Assembly (NCBI GenBank): GCA_964420575.1
Contig: CAYQTU010000001.1
Location: forward strand, 44,194-91,185
Reading direction: 5' to 3'
Length of the DNA: 46,992 nt
Source: an uncultured bacterium
GTDB taxonomy: Bacteria; Omnitrophota; Omnitrophia; Omnitrophales; Aquincolibacteriaceae
Shown here: positions 35,479-45,227 of the stretch, one piece after another
Numbering within the stretch: position 1 is the first letter of the stretch
Layout of the letters: each line of letters begins with the position of its first letter
Translations under genes and position numbers: made by a program
Notes under the pieces: generated by a model
Seen by the model: only the letters and a program-made list of their open reading frames with translations
What the model was told of the DNA's origin: nothing
Databases searched by the model: none

Positions 35479-38244
35479 TTGGATGCCCTTGTACTTCGTG
35501 GGGTAAAGACCCACAACCTTAAACACTTCGACCTTATCCTTCCTCACCGAAAACTTTATGTGATCACCGGAGTTTCCGGTTCCGGGAAATCCTCACTGGC
35601 TTTTGACACACTCTACGCGGAAGGCCAACGGAGGTATATCGAATCCGTTTCCTCTTATGCCCGCCAGTTCCTTGAACGGATGTCCAAACCCGAAGTGGAT
35701 TCTGCGGAAGGGATCCCTCCGGCTTTGGCGATCCAGGCCAAGAATGTGATTTCAAATGCCCGTTCCACGGTCGGGACTCAGACAGAGATCAATGACTATC
35801 TGAGGGTCGCTTATGCGCGCATTGGCAGGCTGAGTTGCCCTTCGTGTCAGATCAACGTGGAGTCTTATGACCCGCGAAAGGTTGCTGAGAAACTGATGCG
35901 GGAATATCCAGACCAGGAAGCCTCCATCGCTTTCAACGTTCCCTTAGGGAAAAAAGGCCTCAAATATCTTGAAGAAAATCTCCGGGAACTGGAGCGGCAG
36001 GGATTTGAAGATTTCTTTTTAAAAGACCGGTGGGTAACTAGCGCTATCCTGCTAAAAAATGCTCAATCTTCAGACGCGATCCTCGTTCGAGCTGATGAAC
36101 TGCAGATCCTTGAAAAGAATCTAACACGTCTTGTGGACTCTCTGGAACAGGCTTTCCGTCTCGGCCGGGGGGAGATCGAAGTGATGCTTGCCGAAAAACG
36201 GTTAAAATTTTCCGAGACGCTGAACTGTTCCTCCTGCGGGAAATCTTTTAGAGCGCCTACGCCCAACCTTTTTTCTTTTAACAGTCCTCTCGGGGCTTGT
36301 CCTTCGTGCCAGGGGTTCGGGCGGGTGATCACGATCGATTGGGACCTGGTGATTCCGGATGAGACGCGATCGGTGAAGGATGGGGTGATCGAACCTTGGA
36401 CCAAAGCGAGCACCCGCTGGGAACAAGGGCAATTGATCGATTTCTGCGAAAGAAAACGCATCCCGGTCCGCAAGCCCTGGAAGCAGCTTAAAAAACAGCA
36501 CCGGGATTGGATTCTCAAAGGGTATGAGGGGGACGATTATTTTAGCGTTGAGGATTTTTTTGAATATCTGAATAAAAAAACCTACAAGATGCATGTCCGT
36601 ATTTTCTTGAATCGTTACCGGGGCTATGTGACCTGTCCGGTATGCCGGGGAAGCCGTCTTAAGGCCGAAGCCCTGGATTTTCGGATTGGGGGAAAAACGA
36701 TCGCTGAAGTGCAATCGCTTTCGATCGCCGATCTTCTGGGGTTCTTAGAAAAAATCCGGTTCGATCCCGAACAAAAAGAAAAGATCGAGCCGGTCTATAT
36801 CGAATTATTGAACCGCATCCGTTTTTTAAAAGAGGTCGGGCTGGGCTATTTAACTTTGGACCGCATGTCCCGTACGCTTTCGGGCGGAGAAGTGGAAAGG
36901 ATCCACTTGGCCAGTTCCCTGGGGTCCGCTCTTGTCGATACACTTTATGTCCTAGACGAACCCAGCATCGGGCTCCATGAGCGCGACAATCAAATGTTGA
37001 TCGGACTCCTCAAAAAACTGAGGGATCTTGGGAATACGGTGGTGGTGGTCGAACACGACCGGACGATGATCCGGTCCGCGGATTGTGTGGTCGATCTCGG
37101 TCCCAGAGGAGGGGCCGAGGGCGGGCACTTGGTGTTTCAGGGGACCTTTGAAGATCTTAAGAAGGAGCAGGGTTCTGTTACGGGGCAGTATCTTTCCGGT
37201 GAAAAAAGCATTCAAAAACTCTCCCGCGCGCCAAGAAAAAAAGAAAAGATCATTATTGAAGGGGCTCAGGCGCACAATCTTAAAGCGATCGATGTCGAGA
37301 TCCCTTTGGGGCAGTTCGTGGTGCTGACCGGAGTTTCAGGGTCCGGGAAAAGTACATTTCTTTACAACATCCTGTATCATCATTTTTTGAAATCTAAAGG
37401 GGAACCGGTCTCTCAGGAAGACCTCGGGACCGTTCGGAAGATCCAAGGGTTCCGTCACCTTGGCGCCATGACCTTGATCGACCAGTCGCCACTCGGCCGT
37501 TCTCCGCGGTCGAACCCGGCAACGTACATGAAAGCCTTTGATGATGTCCGCAAGATCTTTGCCGGAACGGCTCAAGCTAAACAGGCCGGCCTTGAGGTCA
37601 GCCATTTTTCATTCAATGTGGACAAAGGACGCTGTCCGGTCTGTGAAGGGGACGGATCGGTGAAAGTGGAAATGCATTTTCTCGCGGATATTTATGTCCC
37701 TTGCGAAGCCTGCCAAGGCAAACGTTTTAAACCGGAGGTCCTGGAGATCCGTTATGAAGGCAAGAACATCGATGATGTGCTCGCTATGACGATTGACGAA
37801 GTCGCTGGATTTTTTAAAGACGGCCGGGGATTAAAAGAAAAACTTTCGATCCTCCAGGACGTGGGTCTTGGCTATTTACGGTTGGGACAACCCACCTTGA
37901 CCCTTTCGGGAGGAGAAGCCCAGCGTCTTAAACTGGCTCATGAGCTTTCGATGCGTGCTTCCGTGCCGACCCTTTATCTTTTTGACGAACCGACCACCGG
38001 ACTTCATGAAGACGACATCCGCCATTTGGTGAAAGCGTTTGACCGGCTTTTAGAAGAAGGCCACTCGCTTTTGGTGATCGAACACCATATGGGAGTGATC
38101 CGCTTGGCCGATCATGTCATCGATCTTGGCCCTGAGGGCGGGGATCAGGGGGGGCAAGTGATCTATCAAGGGCCGGTTGAAGGGTTGCTCGACTGTGAGC
38201 GCTCTTATACCGGGCAGTACCTTAAAAAATATCTCAGAACTTGA
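35479..38244 (+). CDS. uvrA: excinuclease ABC subunit A
   Basis: 921 aa with a TTG start. The N-terminus MDALVLRGVKTHNLK...GVSGSGKSSLAFDTLYAEGQRRYIES aligns with E. coli UvrA from residue 1. There is a second Walker A (GVSGSGKST), and zinc modules CPSC and CPVCEGDG. Confidence 0.95.
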   Translation: MDALVLRGVKTHNLKHFDLILPHRKLYVITGVSGSGKSSLAFDTLYAEGQRRYIESVSSYARQFLERMSKPEVDSAEGIPPALAIQAKNVISNARSTVGTQTEINDYLRVAYARIGRLSCPSCQINVESYDPRKVAEKLMREYPDQEASIAFNVPLGKKGLKYLEENLRELERQGFEDFFLKDRWVTSAILLKNAQSSDAILVRADELQILEKNLTRLVDSLEQAFRLGRGEIEVMLAEKRLKFSETLNCSSCGKSFRAPTPNLFSFNSPLGACPSCQGFGRVITIDWDLVIPDETRSVKDGVIEPWTKASTRWEQGQLIDFCERKRIPVRKPWKQLKKQHRDWILKGYEGDDYFSVEDFFEYLNKKTYKMHVRIFLNRYRGYVTCPVCRGSRLKAEALDFRIGGKTIAEVQSLSIADLLGFLEKIRFDPEQKEKIEPVYIELLNRIRFLKEVGLGYLTLDRMSRTLSGGEVERIHLASSLGSALVDTLYVLDEPSIGLHERDNQMLIGLLKKLRDLGNTVVVVEHDRTMIRSADCVVDLGPRGGAEGGHLVFQGTFEDLKKEQGSVTGQYLSGEKSIQKLSRAPRKKEKIIIEGAQAHNLKAIDVEIPLGQFVVLTGVSGSGKSTFLYNILYHHFLKSKGEPVSQEDLGTVRKIQGFRHLGAMTLIDQSPLGRSPRSNPATYMKAFDDVRKIFAGTAQAKQAGLEVSHFSFNVDKGRCPVCEGDGSVKVEMHFLADIYVPCEACQGKRFKPEVLEIRYEGKNIDDVLAMTIDEVAGFFKDGRGLKEKLSILQDVGLGYLRLGQPTLTLSGGEAQRLKLAHELSMRASVPTLYLFDEPTTGLHEDDIRHLVKAFDRLLEEGHSLLVIEHHMGVIRLADHVIDLGPEGGDQGGQVIYQGPVEGLLDCERSYTGQYLKKYLRT

Positions 38245-38322
38245 CGGAACATTTTCCCACGGCTCGAGGTCTAAGACTGTTCAGAATGAGTTTTATAGGT
38301 TATTCTTTAAAAGGTGATATTT

Positions 38323-38784
38323 ATGGATAAAAAGATCCTGTTCTTAATCCTTGTGCTTCTTTTTGCAGGGCTGAATACGGCCAGTATCCGGCGCGCGGAA
38401 GACCCTATCCGGGATACCCAATCGGATGCCGTTTCGTATAAACAAAAAATGGAAGAGACCAAGAACGGGGTCAAAGGTCCGCCGAGTTATTCCATGAAAT
38501 TCAATCCTAAAGATACTTTTTTTATCGATCCGCCTTTTGAAAAATCTAAAAAAGAGGAACCCCAAAAAGAAAAAGCAACCGAGGCTCCTGCCGTGACCGA
38601 TTGGTGGGAAGAAGAAGCCCCGGTCGCTGCCCAGCCCTCTTCTGGGCCAGAAGCGGTTGAGCCGTTACCAAGCCAGGAAGAAACTTCCGGAGAAGCCCGG
38701 TCCCAAGACGAAAAAGCCGTTGCCGTTCCGGATCAGGGAAAACAAACTGCCCCGGACGAAGGGGCTGACGATTACTGGTGGTAG
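38323..38784 (+). CDS. hypothetical secreted protein with an acidic Pro/Glu-rich C-terminus
   Basis: 153 aa from ATG 38323 (AAGGTG 5 nt upstream). The ORF track starts at GTG 38314. Signal peptide MDKKILFLILVLLFAGLNTASI. Confidence 0.45.
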   Translation: MDKKILFLILVLLFAGLNTASIRRAEDPIRDTQSDAVSYKQKMEETKNGVKGPPSYSMKFNPKDTFFIDPPFEKSKKEEPQKEKATEAPAVTDWWEEEAPVAAQPSSGPEAVEPLPSQEETSGEARSQDEKAVAVPDQGKQTAPDEGADDYWW

Positions 38785-38957
38785 ACGGGTCTAAAGGATA
38801 AATCTCTCTCAAGAGAACGGTCTTTTGGACGTAATTTAAGAAACAAGAAACGAAGTGATTTTCAACGGGGTTCCCAGTATAATACCCCCAATACGCAAGT
38901 CCCGAACGGGACAAAAACAGCTCTAACTTATTACAGCTAAAGCGAATAGGAAAAATC

Positions 38958-40610
38958 ATGAATTATTACCGGCGTCTGAAAATGTTCTGGTTGAACAACT
39001 GGGTCAGGATCACCATTATCGGAAGTGCGATCCTTCTGGTGGGGCTTTCGATCTGGGGAATGTCATCGCTCGAGAGTTATTACCGCAATATCACACTGGC
39101 GCAGCTGCCCATTCAGATGCTTCTCATGACCATTAACGCGGTCGTTTTTGTTTATCTCTATCAGATCGTTCTCGGACGCGGATTCACTCAGATCAATAAG
39201 AAAAAGGTCAAAGCCCATGATGTGAACATCCGTTTCACGGATGTGATCGGGATCGATGAAGCTAAAGAAGAATGCTGGGAAGTCGTTCAGCTGATCAAAG
39301 ATCATGTTCGTCTGAAAAAGATCGGCGGCAAGATCCTCCGCGGGATCCTCATGATCGGACCTCCGGGATGCGGAAAGACCTATCTTGCCAAAGCGATCGC
39401 GACCGAAGCCGGAATGCCTTTTCTTTCGATGGCTGCCAGCGAATTCAACGAAGTTTTTGTCGGGGTAGGCTCAAGCCGTATGCGTCAGCTTTTTTCCAAG
39501 GCCCGCAGTTTGGCTTATGGCTTTGGCGGATGTGTGGTTTTTATCGATGAATTGGACGCGATCGGTCATCGTCGTACCTTCAATATGTTCGGCGGTCACG
39601 AGACTAACACTACGCAGAACCAGCTCCTCGTGGAAATGGACGGTCTTTCCGGGCGTCAGGAAAATATCATTGTGATCGGAGCGACCAATGCTCCCGAAGA
39701 CAGTCTGGATCCGGCGCTTCTCCGTCCGGGACGTTTTGACCGTAAAGTCTATATCCGTAAGCCCAGCCTGGAAGGGCGCGAATCTCTTTTTAAATTTTAT
39801 CTCGGGAAGGTTAAGCACGAGGCCTCCATCGATTGCAAACGCCTTGCCCGTAAAGCGGTCGATAAATCTCCGGCCGATATCGAGAATATCGTGAAAGAAT
39901 CCGCTTTGATCGCAACCCGGAACAAGAAAGATGTGATCTCGCTCAAGGATATTACGGAAGCGATCGAACGGATCGAGCTCGGGATGAAACAAAAGCTGAC
40001 CGTGAACGTGAAGGAAAAAGAAATGACCGCCTATCATGAGACCGGGCACTTGATCGTCACTTATCTCCTGCATCCGAGAAATGATGTCTTTAAGGCTTCG
40101 ATCATTCCGCGAAAATCCTCGCTGGGCGTCGTGCATCCGACCCCGATGGAAGAATGGCATACTCAGGACAGCGAATCGCTTTTAGCCCAGATCAAAGTGT
40201 GCGTGGCGAGCTATGTTGCGGAAAAAATTAAGTTCGGAACTACGACAACGGGCGTCGGCGGCGGTCCCGGCAGTGATTTCAATACGGCTTCGAACATTGC
40301 CAACGCTATGGTCTGGAAATACGGTATGGGGCCTTCGGGCCTTGTGGGGGATTATACCGTAGCTCAGGATCTTCTTTCTGAAGAGATGAAAACACGTTTG
40401 AATCAGGATGTCGATGCGATCCTTAAAAAATGCATGAAAGAAGTGGAAGAACTTCTCCGGAAAGAGGATCAGCTGGTCGAACGTTTTGCGCATGAACTTT
40501 TGGCTAAGCAGGAACTGGACTATGATGAGATCGAGGCGATCTTTGCGGAGTATGGGAAGACCAATCCGCGCCGGTTCTCGCTGAAACAAGATACACCGCC
40601 GGCCGCTTAA
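38958..40610 (+). CDS. ftsH: FtsH-family ATP-dependent zinc metalloprotease, short-loop variant
   Basis: 550 aa. Two N-terminal TM helices are separated by only about 14 residues. Walker A GPPGCGKT, Walker B VFIDELDA, the second region of homology TNAPEDSLDPALLRPGRFDR, and the zinc site HETGH. Confidence 0.85.
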   Translation: MNYYRRLKMFWLNNWVRITIIGSAILLVGLSIWGMSSLESYYRNITLAQLPIQMLLMTINAVVFVYLYQIVLGRGFTQINKKKVKAHDVNIRFTDVIGIDEAKEECWEVVQLIKDHVRLKKIGGKILRGILMIGPPGCGKTYLAKAIATEAGMPFLSMAASEFNEVFVGVGSSRMRQLFSKARSLAYGFGGCVVFIDELDAIGHRRTFNMFGGHETNTTQNQLLVEMDGLSGRQENIIVIGATNAPEDSLDPALLRPGRFDRKVYIRKPSLEGRESLFKFYLGKVKHEASIDCKRLARKAVDKSPADIENIVKESALIATRNKKDVISLKDITEAIERIELGMKQKLTVNVKEKEMTAYHETGHLIVTYLLHPRNDVFKASIIPRKSSLGVVHPTPMEEWHTQDSESLLAQIKVCVASYVAEKIKFGTTTTGVGGGPGSDFNTASNIANAMVWKYGMGPSGLVGDYTVAQDLLSEEMKTRLNQDVDAILKKCMKEVEELLRKEDQLVERFAHELLAKQELDYDEIEAIFAEYGKTNPRRFSLKQDTPPAA

Positions 40611-40637
40611 GGTTCGTCCAACGACTTGAAACTTGCC

Positions 40638-42035
40638 ATGATTAAAAAAAGACTCGGTTTTTGTTTTTTCTTCCTTACAGCCATTCTCTTTTTTTCGGGG
40701 TGCGGGGTGACCTATCCCGAAGCGACCCTGCATCAATCCCTGCGTGATCTCGCCAAAAAGGAATACGGGATCGACCGGATCGAGATCGAAAGCGTCGGAA
40801 CGACCTTGGGGGTTTTCCTGCCTTTGAAACAGGTTTTTGTGAGCGATTTCAAAGAAGCGCTCATGACCGGGAAGGTCAAGGATATCAACGCGCTTTTTGA
40901 GCCGACCAAAGAGGCGATGGATAAGATCGAAGACTTGATGTTCTCGGTCTCGCGCGTGATCATCAATACGGACAAAAAAGTGGATTTTTACTATCTGCAG
41001 GCGACCGATGTGGAAAAAACGGGGATGCAGATCGTGCTTTATGGGTACAAAGAGGATTTTAAGAAACTCCGCTTCTGGGATATTTCCAGGGATGAATACC
41101 GCAAGCGGGTGATCCATGAGATCCAGATGAACAAAGCCGCCGTGTGGGACCGGGCCGTCCGAAGATTTTTTGAAGATCTGAATACGAAATCCCGGGAGGA
41201 GATCCAAGCGCTCTATTTTAGCGGTAATGAGGGGGCTAAATGGACCTCCGATTTTTCCTTTGTCGATCCGAACGGACAATTCAGTCCTGCCAGTCAAGCG
41301 AGCTGGGAGATCTTGGACCTTCGTTGCCTTCCTGTTCATAATAATCTGATCATTGTTTATGCTAAAGTCCAAGCCAGAGCTAAAGACAGTAAGAATCCCA
41401 AATTATCCGTGAAGACCACAGAGTATCTTTTTGAAGTCGCATTAGCTGATGATGCCGGGGTGATCAAAAAGATCATTCCTTTCAGCTCCATGGATACCCA
41501 AACCCTGGGGCCTGATCTCTCGATCAGTAAAGATCTGATCCGGAAAAGCTTGGCCCATTGGGAAACGGAATTCCGTACTCCGGACATCAAACTCGGGGTT
41601 TTTCTTGCCAAACAATTATCGCGGCGTCTTCAAATGATCATGGCCCTCGATGAGAGGATCAATATGACCTTCCCGAGCGCCAGAGTGGCTTTTCGTTATG
41701 AGGAAAGACCCGTGCCTTATTATGCTTTGGATATGAATCTGTTCTTAAAGAATCCGAAAGATACGATCTATTCGCCTCAAAAGGGTCTCCATGAGGACGT
41801 GCTTTACCTCTGGACCTTAGCCGCGAAAGAGACGGCGAAAGTCCTTCACGATTATCAATTCGAAGATTACCACTATTTGCAGTTTGAAGTCCCCAAGGAA
41901 ATGAAGGCTTGGCGGATCAGTAAAGACGACCTTGAACGGTTGCGTAAGAAGAAAGTGGAGCTTGGCCCAACTCTCACCATGGCCGTTGCCGATACAATGC
42001 CTTCCCCCCCCAAAACATCTCCTCCCTCTGTTTAA
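40638..42035 (+). CDS. hypothetical lipoprotein
   Basis: 465 aa from ATG 40638. The ORF track starts at TTG 40626. Signal peptide with the lipobox FSGC (FFFLTAILFFSGCG). No family recognised. Confidence 0.5.
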   Translation: MIKKRLGFCFFFLTAILFFSGCGVTYPEATLHQSLRDLAKKEYGIDRIEIESVGTTLGVFLPLKQVFVSDFKEALMTGKVKDINALFEPTKEAMDKIEDLMFSVSRVIINTDKKVDFYYLQATDVEKTGMQIVLYGYKEDFKKLRFWDISRDEYRKRVIHEIQMNKAAVWDRAVRRFFEDLNTKSREEIQALYFSGNEGAKWTSDFSFVDPNGQFSPASQASWEILDLRCLPVHNNLIIVYAKVQARAKDSKNPKLSVKTTEYLFEVALADDAGVIKKIIPFSSMDTQTLGPDLSISKDLIRKSLAHWETEFRTPDIKLGVFLAKQLSRRLQMIMALDERINMTFPSARVAFRYEERPVPYYALDMNLFLKNPKDTIYSPQKGLHEDVLYLWTLAAKETAKVLHDYQFEDYHYLQFEVPKEMKAWRISKDDLERLRKKKVELGPTLTMAVADTMPSPPKTSPPSV

Positions 42036-42063
42036 ACCGAGAGCAATGCCTCTTGAACCCTTA

Positions 42064-42092
42064 TTGAGAGAAAAGACTTTTTTTGCTATCAT
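42064..42092 (+). promoter_or_regulatory. sigma70-type promoter abutting the hrcA start codon
   Basis: TTGAGA (42064-42069), a 17-nt spacer, then TATCAT (42087-42092). The ATG is at 42102 with no SD in between. The -10 lies within the palindrome GCTAT-C-ATAGC (42085-42095). Confidence 0.5.
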
Positions 42093-42101
42093 AGCCCCTC
42101 T

Positions 42102-42896
42102 ATGGAAACCCTTTCTGAACGACAACAAGTGATCTTACGAGGCGTGGTCGAGATCCATATCGAGACTAGCCTGCCGGTCGGATCCTGTTCGGTGGCGCAG
42201 CGATACCCGCTTTTTTCTTCACCGGCCACGATCCGTAATGAAATGGGGGCTTTGGAAGAGATGGGGTATTTGACCCATCCGCATACTTCTTCGGGCCGTA
42301 TCCCGACGGATCACGGCTACCGTTATTATCTGGACCATAATGTCTTCGAAGATATGGAGCCTCAGAACCTTTTTGAGAAATTATCCGAAGAGCTCTATCA
42401 GGAATCCGTAGCGGAGCAGAAAGTCGAGGATTTTTTGGAACGTATTTCCTCGGGACTTTCTTCGCTGACCCAAGAAGTCGGATTGATGCTTTTGCCGATC
42501 CCTGATTCCCCGGGAACTGAAGAAGCGGACCGTTTACGGCTTTCGCTTCAAGGCTTGAGCCATATCCTTGAAAAACCGGAGTTCCAGGATGTCCAGAAAG
42601 TGAAAAATCTGATTTATGCCCTTGAAGAAAAGAACGCTCTGAAGCGCTGGCTCTTGAAGAATGCGTGCGGAACTCAAAAGCCTATCGTTGTGTCGATCGG
42701 GCGCGAACACGAACATGAAGCGCTCGAAGACTGCGCCATCATTATGGCCCGTTATTCCATGGGCGATCAGAAACAAGGAACACTGGCGATCCTAGGCCCC
42801 AAGCGGATGGCCTACCGCCGGATGATCCCTCTTGTTTCCCAAATGGCCATGCGGGTCGGAGAACTTTTACAAAAAATCCGTTTGGAAGGAATCTAA
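42102..42896 (+). CDS. hrcA: heat-inducible transcription repressor HrcA (compact form)
   Basis: 264 aa. N-terminal winged-helix region LSERQQVILRGVV...ATIRNEMGALEEMGYLTHPHTSSGRIPTDHGYRYY and the C-terminal block GTLAILGPKRMAYRRMIPLV. It is about 80 aa shorter than canonical HrcA proteins of roughly 340 aa. Confidence 0.85.
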   Translation: METLSERQQVILRGVVEIHIETSLPVGSCSVAQRYPLFSSPATIRNEMGALEEMGYLTHPHTSSGRIPTDHGYRYYLDHNVFEDMEPQNLFEKLSEELYQESVAEQKVEDFLERISSGLSSLTQEVGLMLLPIPDSPGTEEADRLRLSLQGLSHILEKPEFQDVQKVKNLIYALEEKNALKRWLLKNACGTQKPIVVSIGREHEHEALEDCAIIMARYSMGDQKQGTLAILGPKRMAYRRMIPLVSQMAMRVGELLQKIRLEGI

Positions 42897-43561
42897 TGTC
42901 AGAAGCCAAAAAAAAATCAGAGCCGCCGTCCTCAGGGCATCCTTTAAAAGCTGAAGGGTCTCATCACGGAGACAAAGAGATGAATCCGCTTAAATCCGGA
43001 AAAGTCGAAATTTCAGCACAAGAGTATGAAGACCTTCAAAAAAAACTGGCAGAATTAGAAGGCCTCCGGGAAAGGTTTTTGCACGCAGCGGCTGATTTTG
43101 AAAATGCTAAAAAACGGAATGCCCGCGAAAAAGAGGATTTTATCAAATTTAGCCAGGAACGTATCCTCCGGGAGATGATCCCCGTGCTGGATAATTTTGA
43201 ACGCGCGATCGAGCATGCGGAAGAAGCTAACCGCAAGGAACATACTCCGGAATCTGCGGAAAAGAATTTTAACAGTTTGATCTCCGGCGTCCAGAGGGTT
43301 GAAAAGCAACTGTTTGATACTTTGAAAGTGCACGGGCTTGTCCGACTTAAGACCTTGGGAGAAAAATTCGATCCTCATTTTCATGAAGTAGTAGCTCATG
43401 TTAGCGAAGAAGGACCGGAAGATGTGATCGTGGACGAACTGGCGCCGGGATACATGCTCCATGACCGGTTGCTCAGAGCTGCCAAGGTAAGGATCCGCGT
43501 GTCTCCGAAACAGACTAAAACCTCTGAAGACCCTTCAGGGAAACAAGACGAGATCACTTGA
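42896..43561 (+). CDS. grpE: nucleotide exchange factor GrpE
   Basis: 221 aa. AADFENAKKRNAREKED...MIPVLDNFERA and GYMLHDRLLRAAKV. Its start forms a TAATG overlap with the hrcA stop. Confidence 0.9.
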   Translation: MSEAKKKSEPPSSGHPLKAEGSHHGDKEMNPLKSGKVEISAQEYEDLQKKLAELEGLRERFLHAAADFENAKKRNAREKEDFIKFSQERILREMIPVLDNFERAIEHAEEANRKEHTPESAEKNFNSLISGVQRVEKQLFDTLKVHGLVRLKTLGEKFDPHFHEVVAHVSEEGPEDVIVDELAPGYMLHDRLLRAAKVRIRVSPKQTKTSEDPSGKQDEIT

Positions 43562-43627
43562 AGTGATCCATAACCTTAGACTGAAGTCTGAAGTTCTCTT
43601 TAGTCTCCCGTCTTTAATTTTTTAATT

Positions 43628-44722
43628 ATGGCACACAAACGAGATTATTATGAGATCCTTGGCGTTGGTCGCGATGCTGACGTCGAGATGATCAAGAAAA
43701 GTTACCGGAAATTAGCCCTTCAATATCATCCCGACCGCAATCCCGGGAATAAAGAAGCTGAAGAGCGGTTCAAAGAGGCCGCAGAGGCTTATGCCATTCT
43801 GAGCGATCCTGAAAAAAGAGAACGGTATGATCAATTCGGACATAGCCTGGGCGGGACGGGATTCTCCGGATTTGAAGGTTTTCAGGATGCCTTTGGGGGT
43901 TTTAGTGATATTTTCGGGGATATCTTTGAAGATTTTCTCGGAGGGGGCGGTCGCCGGAGGACCCGGGGGCAAAGAGGTTCTGACCTCGAATATACCATTG
44001 AGATCGAACTTGAAGAGGTTTTGACGGGGAAGAAGATTGACGTAGAGATCCCGAGACGGGAAACTTGTGCCGAATGTCAAGGAAGCGGGGCTGAACGCGG
44101 TTCGAAAAAGAAGACCTGCCCGGATTGCGGCGGCCGCGGGGAAGTCCGGATGAGCCAGGGGTTTTTCACGCTTCGGCAAACTTGTCCGCGATGCCGCGGT
44201 GAAGGTGAATTCATTGAAAAACCTTGCCCGGCCTGTCGGGGAGAAGGCCGTACTCGGAAGGTGCGGAAACTTGAGATCAAGATCCCTGCCGGGATCGAAC
44301 ATGGTTCTCGGATCCGCATGACCGGAGAAGGCGAGGCCGGACAGAGTGGCGGCGGGCGAGGCGATCTCTATCTTCATGTCAGGGTCAAAAAACATAGGAC
44401 CTTTGACCGGCAAGGGCAGGACCTTTACTGTCAAACTTTGATCCCTTATACCGTAGCGGTTCTCGGAGGGGAAGTCGAGGTGCCGACGCTGACGGGGCAT
44501 ACGGTCCTGAAGATCGCCCCCGGGACTCCTGCGGGGAAAGTTCTGAAGATCAAAGGGGAAGGTGTCCCTCTTTTGAACGTTGATGACCGGCGCGGGGATG
44601 AATTTGTTAAAGTGGATATTGAGATCCCCACGAAATTGAGCAAGCCGGAACGCGAACTCTTGGAAAAATTGGCGGCGGAGCGGAAAGAAAAAACCCATTC
44701 CGGGAAGAAAAGTTTCTTTTAA
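43628..44722 (+). CDS. dnaJ: molecular chaperone DnaJ
   Basis: 364 aa. J domain with HPDRNPG, a G/F-rich region, and four CxxCxGxG zinc motifs ([32 protein letters not shown]). Confidence 0.95.
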   Translation: MAHKRDYYEILGVGRDADVEMIKKSYRKLALQYHPDRNPGNKEAEERFKEAAEAYAILSDPEKRERYDQFGHSLGGTGFSGFEGFQDAFGGFSDIFGDIFEDFLGGGGRRRTRGQRGSDLEYTIEIELEEVLTGKKIDVEIPRRETCAECQGSGAERGSKKKTCPDCGGRGEVRMSQGFFTLRQTCPRCRGEGEFIEKPCPACRGEGRTRKVRKLEIKIPAGIEHGSRIRMTGEGEAGQSGGGRGDLYLHVRVKKHRTFDRQGQDLYCQTLIPYTVAVLGGEVEVPTLTGHTVLKIAPGTPAGKVLKIKGEGVPLLNVDDRRGDEFVKVDIEIPTKLSKPERELLEKLAAERKEKTHSGKKSFF

Positions 44723-44732
44723 GGAGCTGTTT

Positions 44733-45167
44733 ATGGATTATTTTGATTATCGTTACCGGGTTTTGTATGCGGATACGGACCAAATGGGGATCACTTATTA
44801 CGCGAATTATTTTGTCTGGTTCGAGGCGGCCCGCACCGAATATTTCAGGGCGCTAGGCTTGCCGTATACCGAATGCGAGAAAAAAGGGATCTATCTCCCG
44901 GTCGCGGAGGTCCATGCCAAGTACATTGCCCCGTCAACTTATGATGACGAGATCATTGTCCGGACCAGCGTGGCGGAGATCGGGAACAGTACGCTGCGAT
45001 TTGAATACCAAGTGATGCAGGCTAGGACCCAGAAGGTGCTTGTGAAGGGGTATTCAGTCCATGTTTTTGTCACAAAAGGTATGCGGCCGTGCCGCGTTCC
45101 CGTAGAGATCAAAAATGCCGTAAAGGAATTCGCTTTACTCAAAGACAAAAGATCTTCTTCCCGGTAA
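44733..45167 (+). CDS. ybgC: YbgC/FadM-family acyl-CoA thioesterase (hotdog fold)
   Basis: 144 aa. The pattern YRVLYADTDQMGITYYANYFVWFEAARTEYFRALG is typical of 4HBT/YbgC thioesterases. Confidence 0.8.
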   Translation: MDYFDYRYRVLYADTDQMGITYYANYFVWFEAARTEYFRALGLPYTECEKKGIYLPVAEVHAKYIAPSTYDDEIIVRTSVAEIGNSTLRFEYQVMQARTQKVLVKGYSVHVFVTKGMRPCRVPVEIKNAVKEFALLKDKRSSSR

Positions 45168-45227
45168 GGCATTGACCCTGTCCGGGGTGCGTGTTAAAGT
45201 ACAAAATCATTTTTAAAGGATCGAACC

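Noticed and set aside
40182-41372. 396-aa minus-strand ORF spanning the ftsH 3' end, the intergenic gap and the lipoprotein gene 5' part.
   Set aside because: It crosses two well-supported + strand genes. It has no RBS, signal or domain, and its composition is typical of antisense frames.
43576-43592. The imperfect palindrome TTAGACTGAAGTCTGAA between grpE and dnaJ, considered as a degenerate CIRCE element.
   Set aside because: The arms are only 5-7 nt with 2-nt spacing, whereas CIRCE has 9-nt arms separated by 9 nt, and the sequence differs from TTAGCACTC. It is retained only as a minor note in the hrcA finding.
43712-44698. 328-aa minus-strand ORF covering almost all of dnaJ.
   Set aside because: It is a shadow of dnaJ, whose J domain and four zinc motifs are unmistakable on the + strand. 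The antisense translation has no features.
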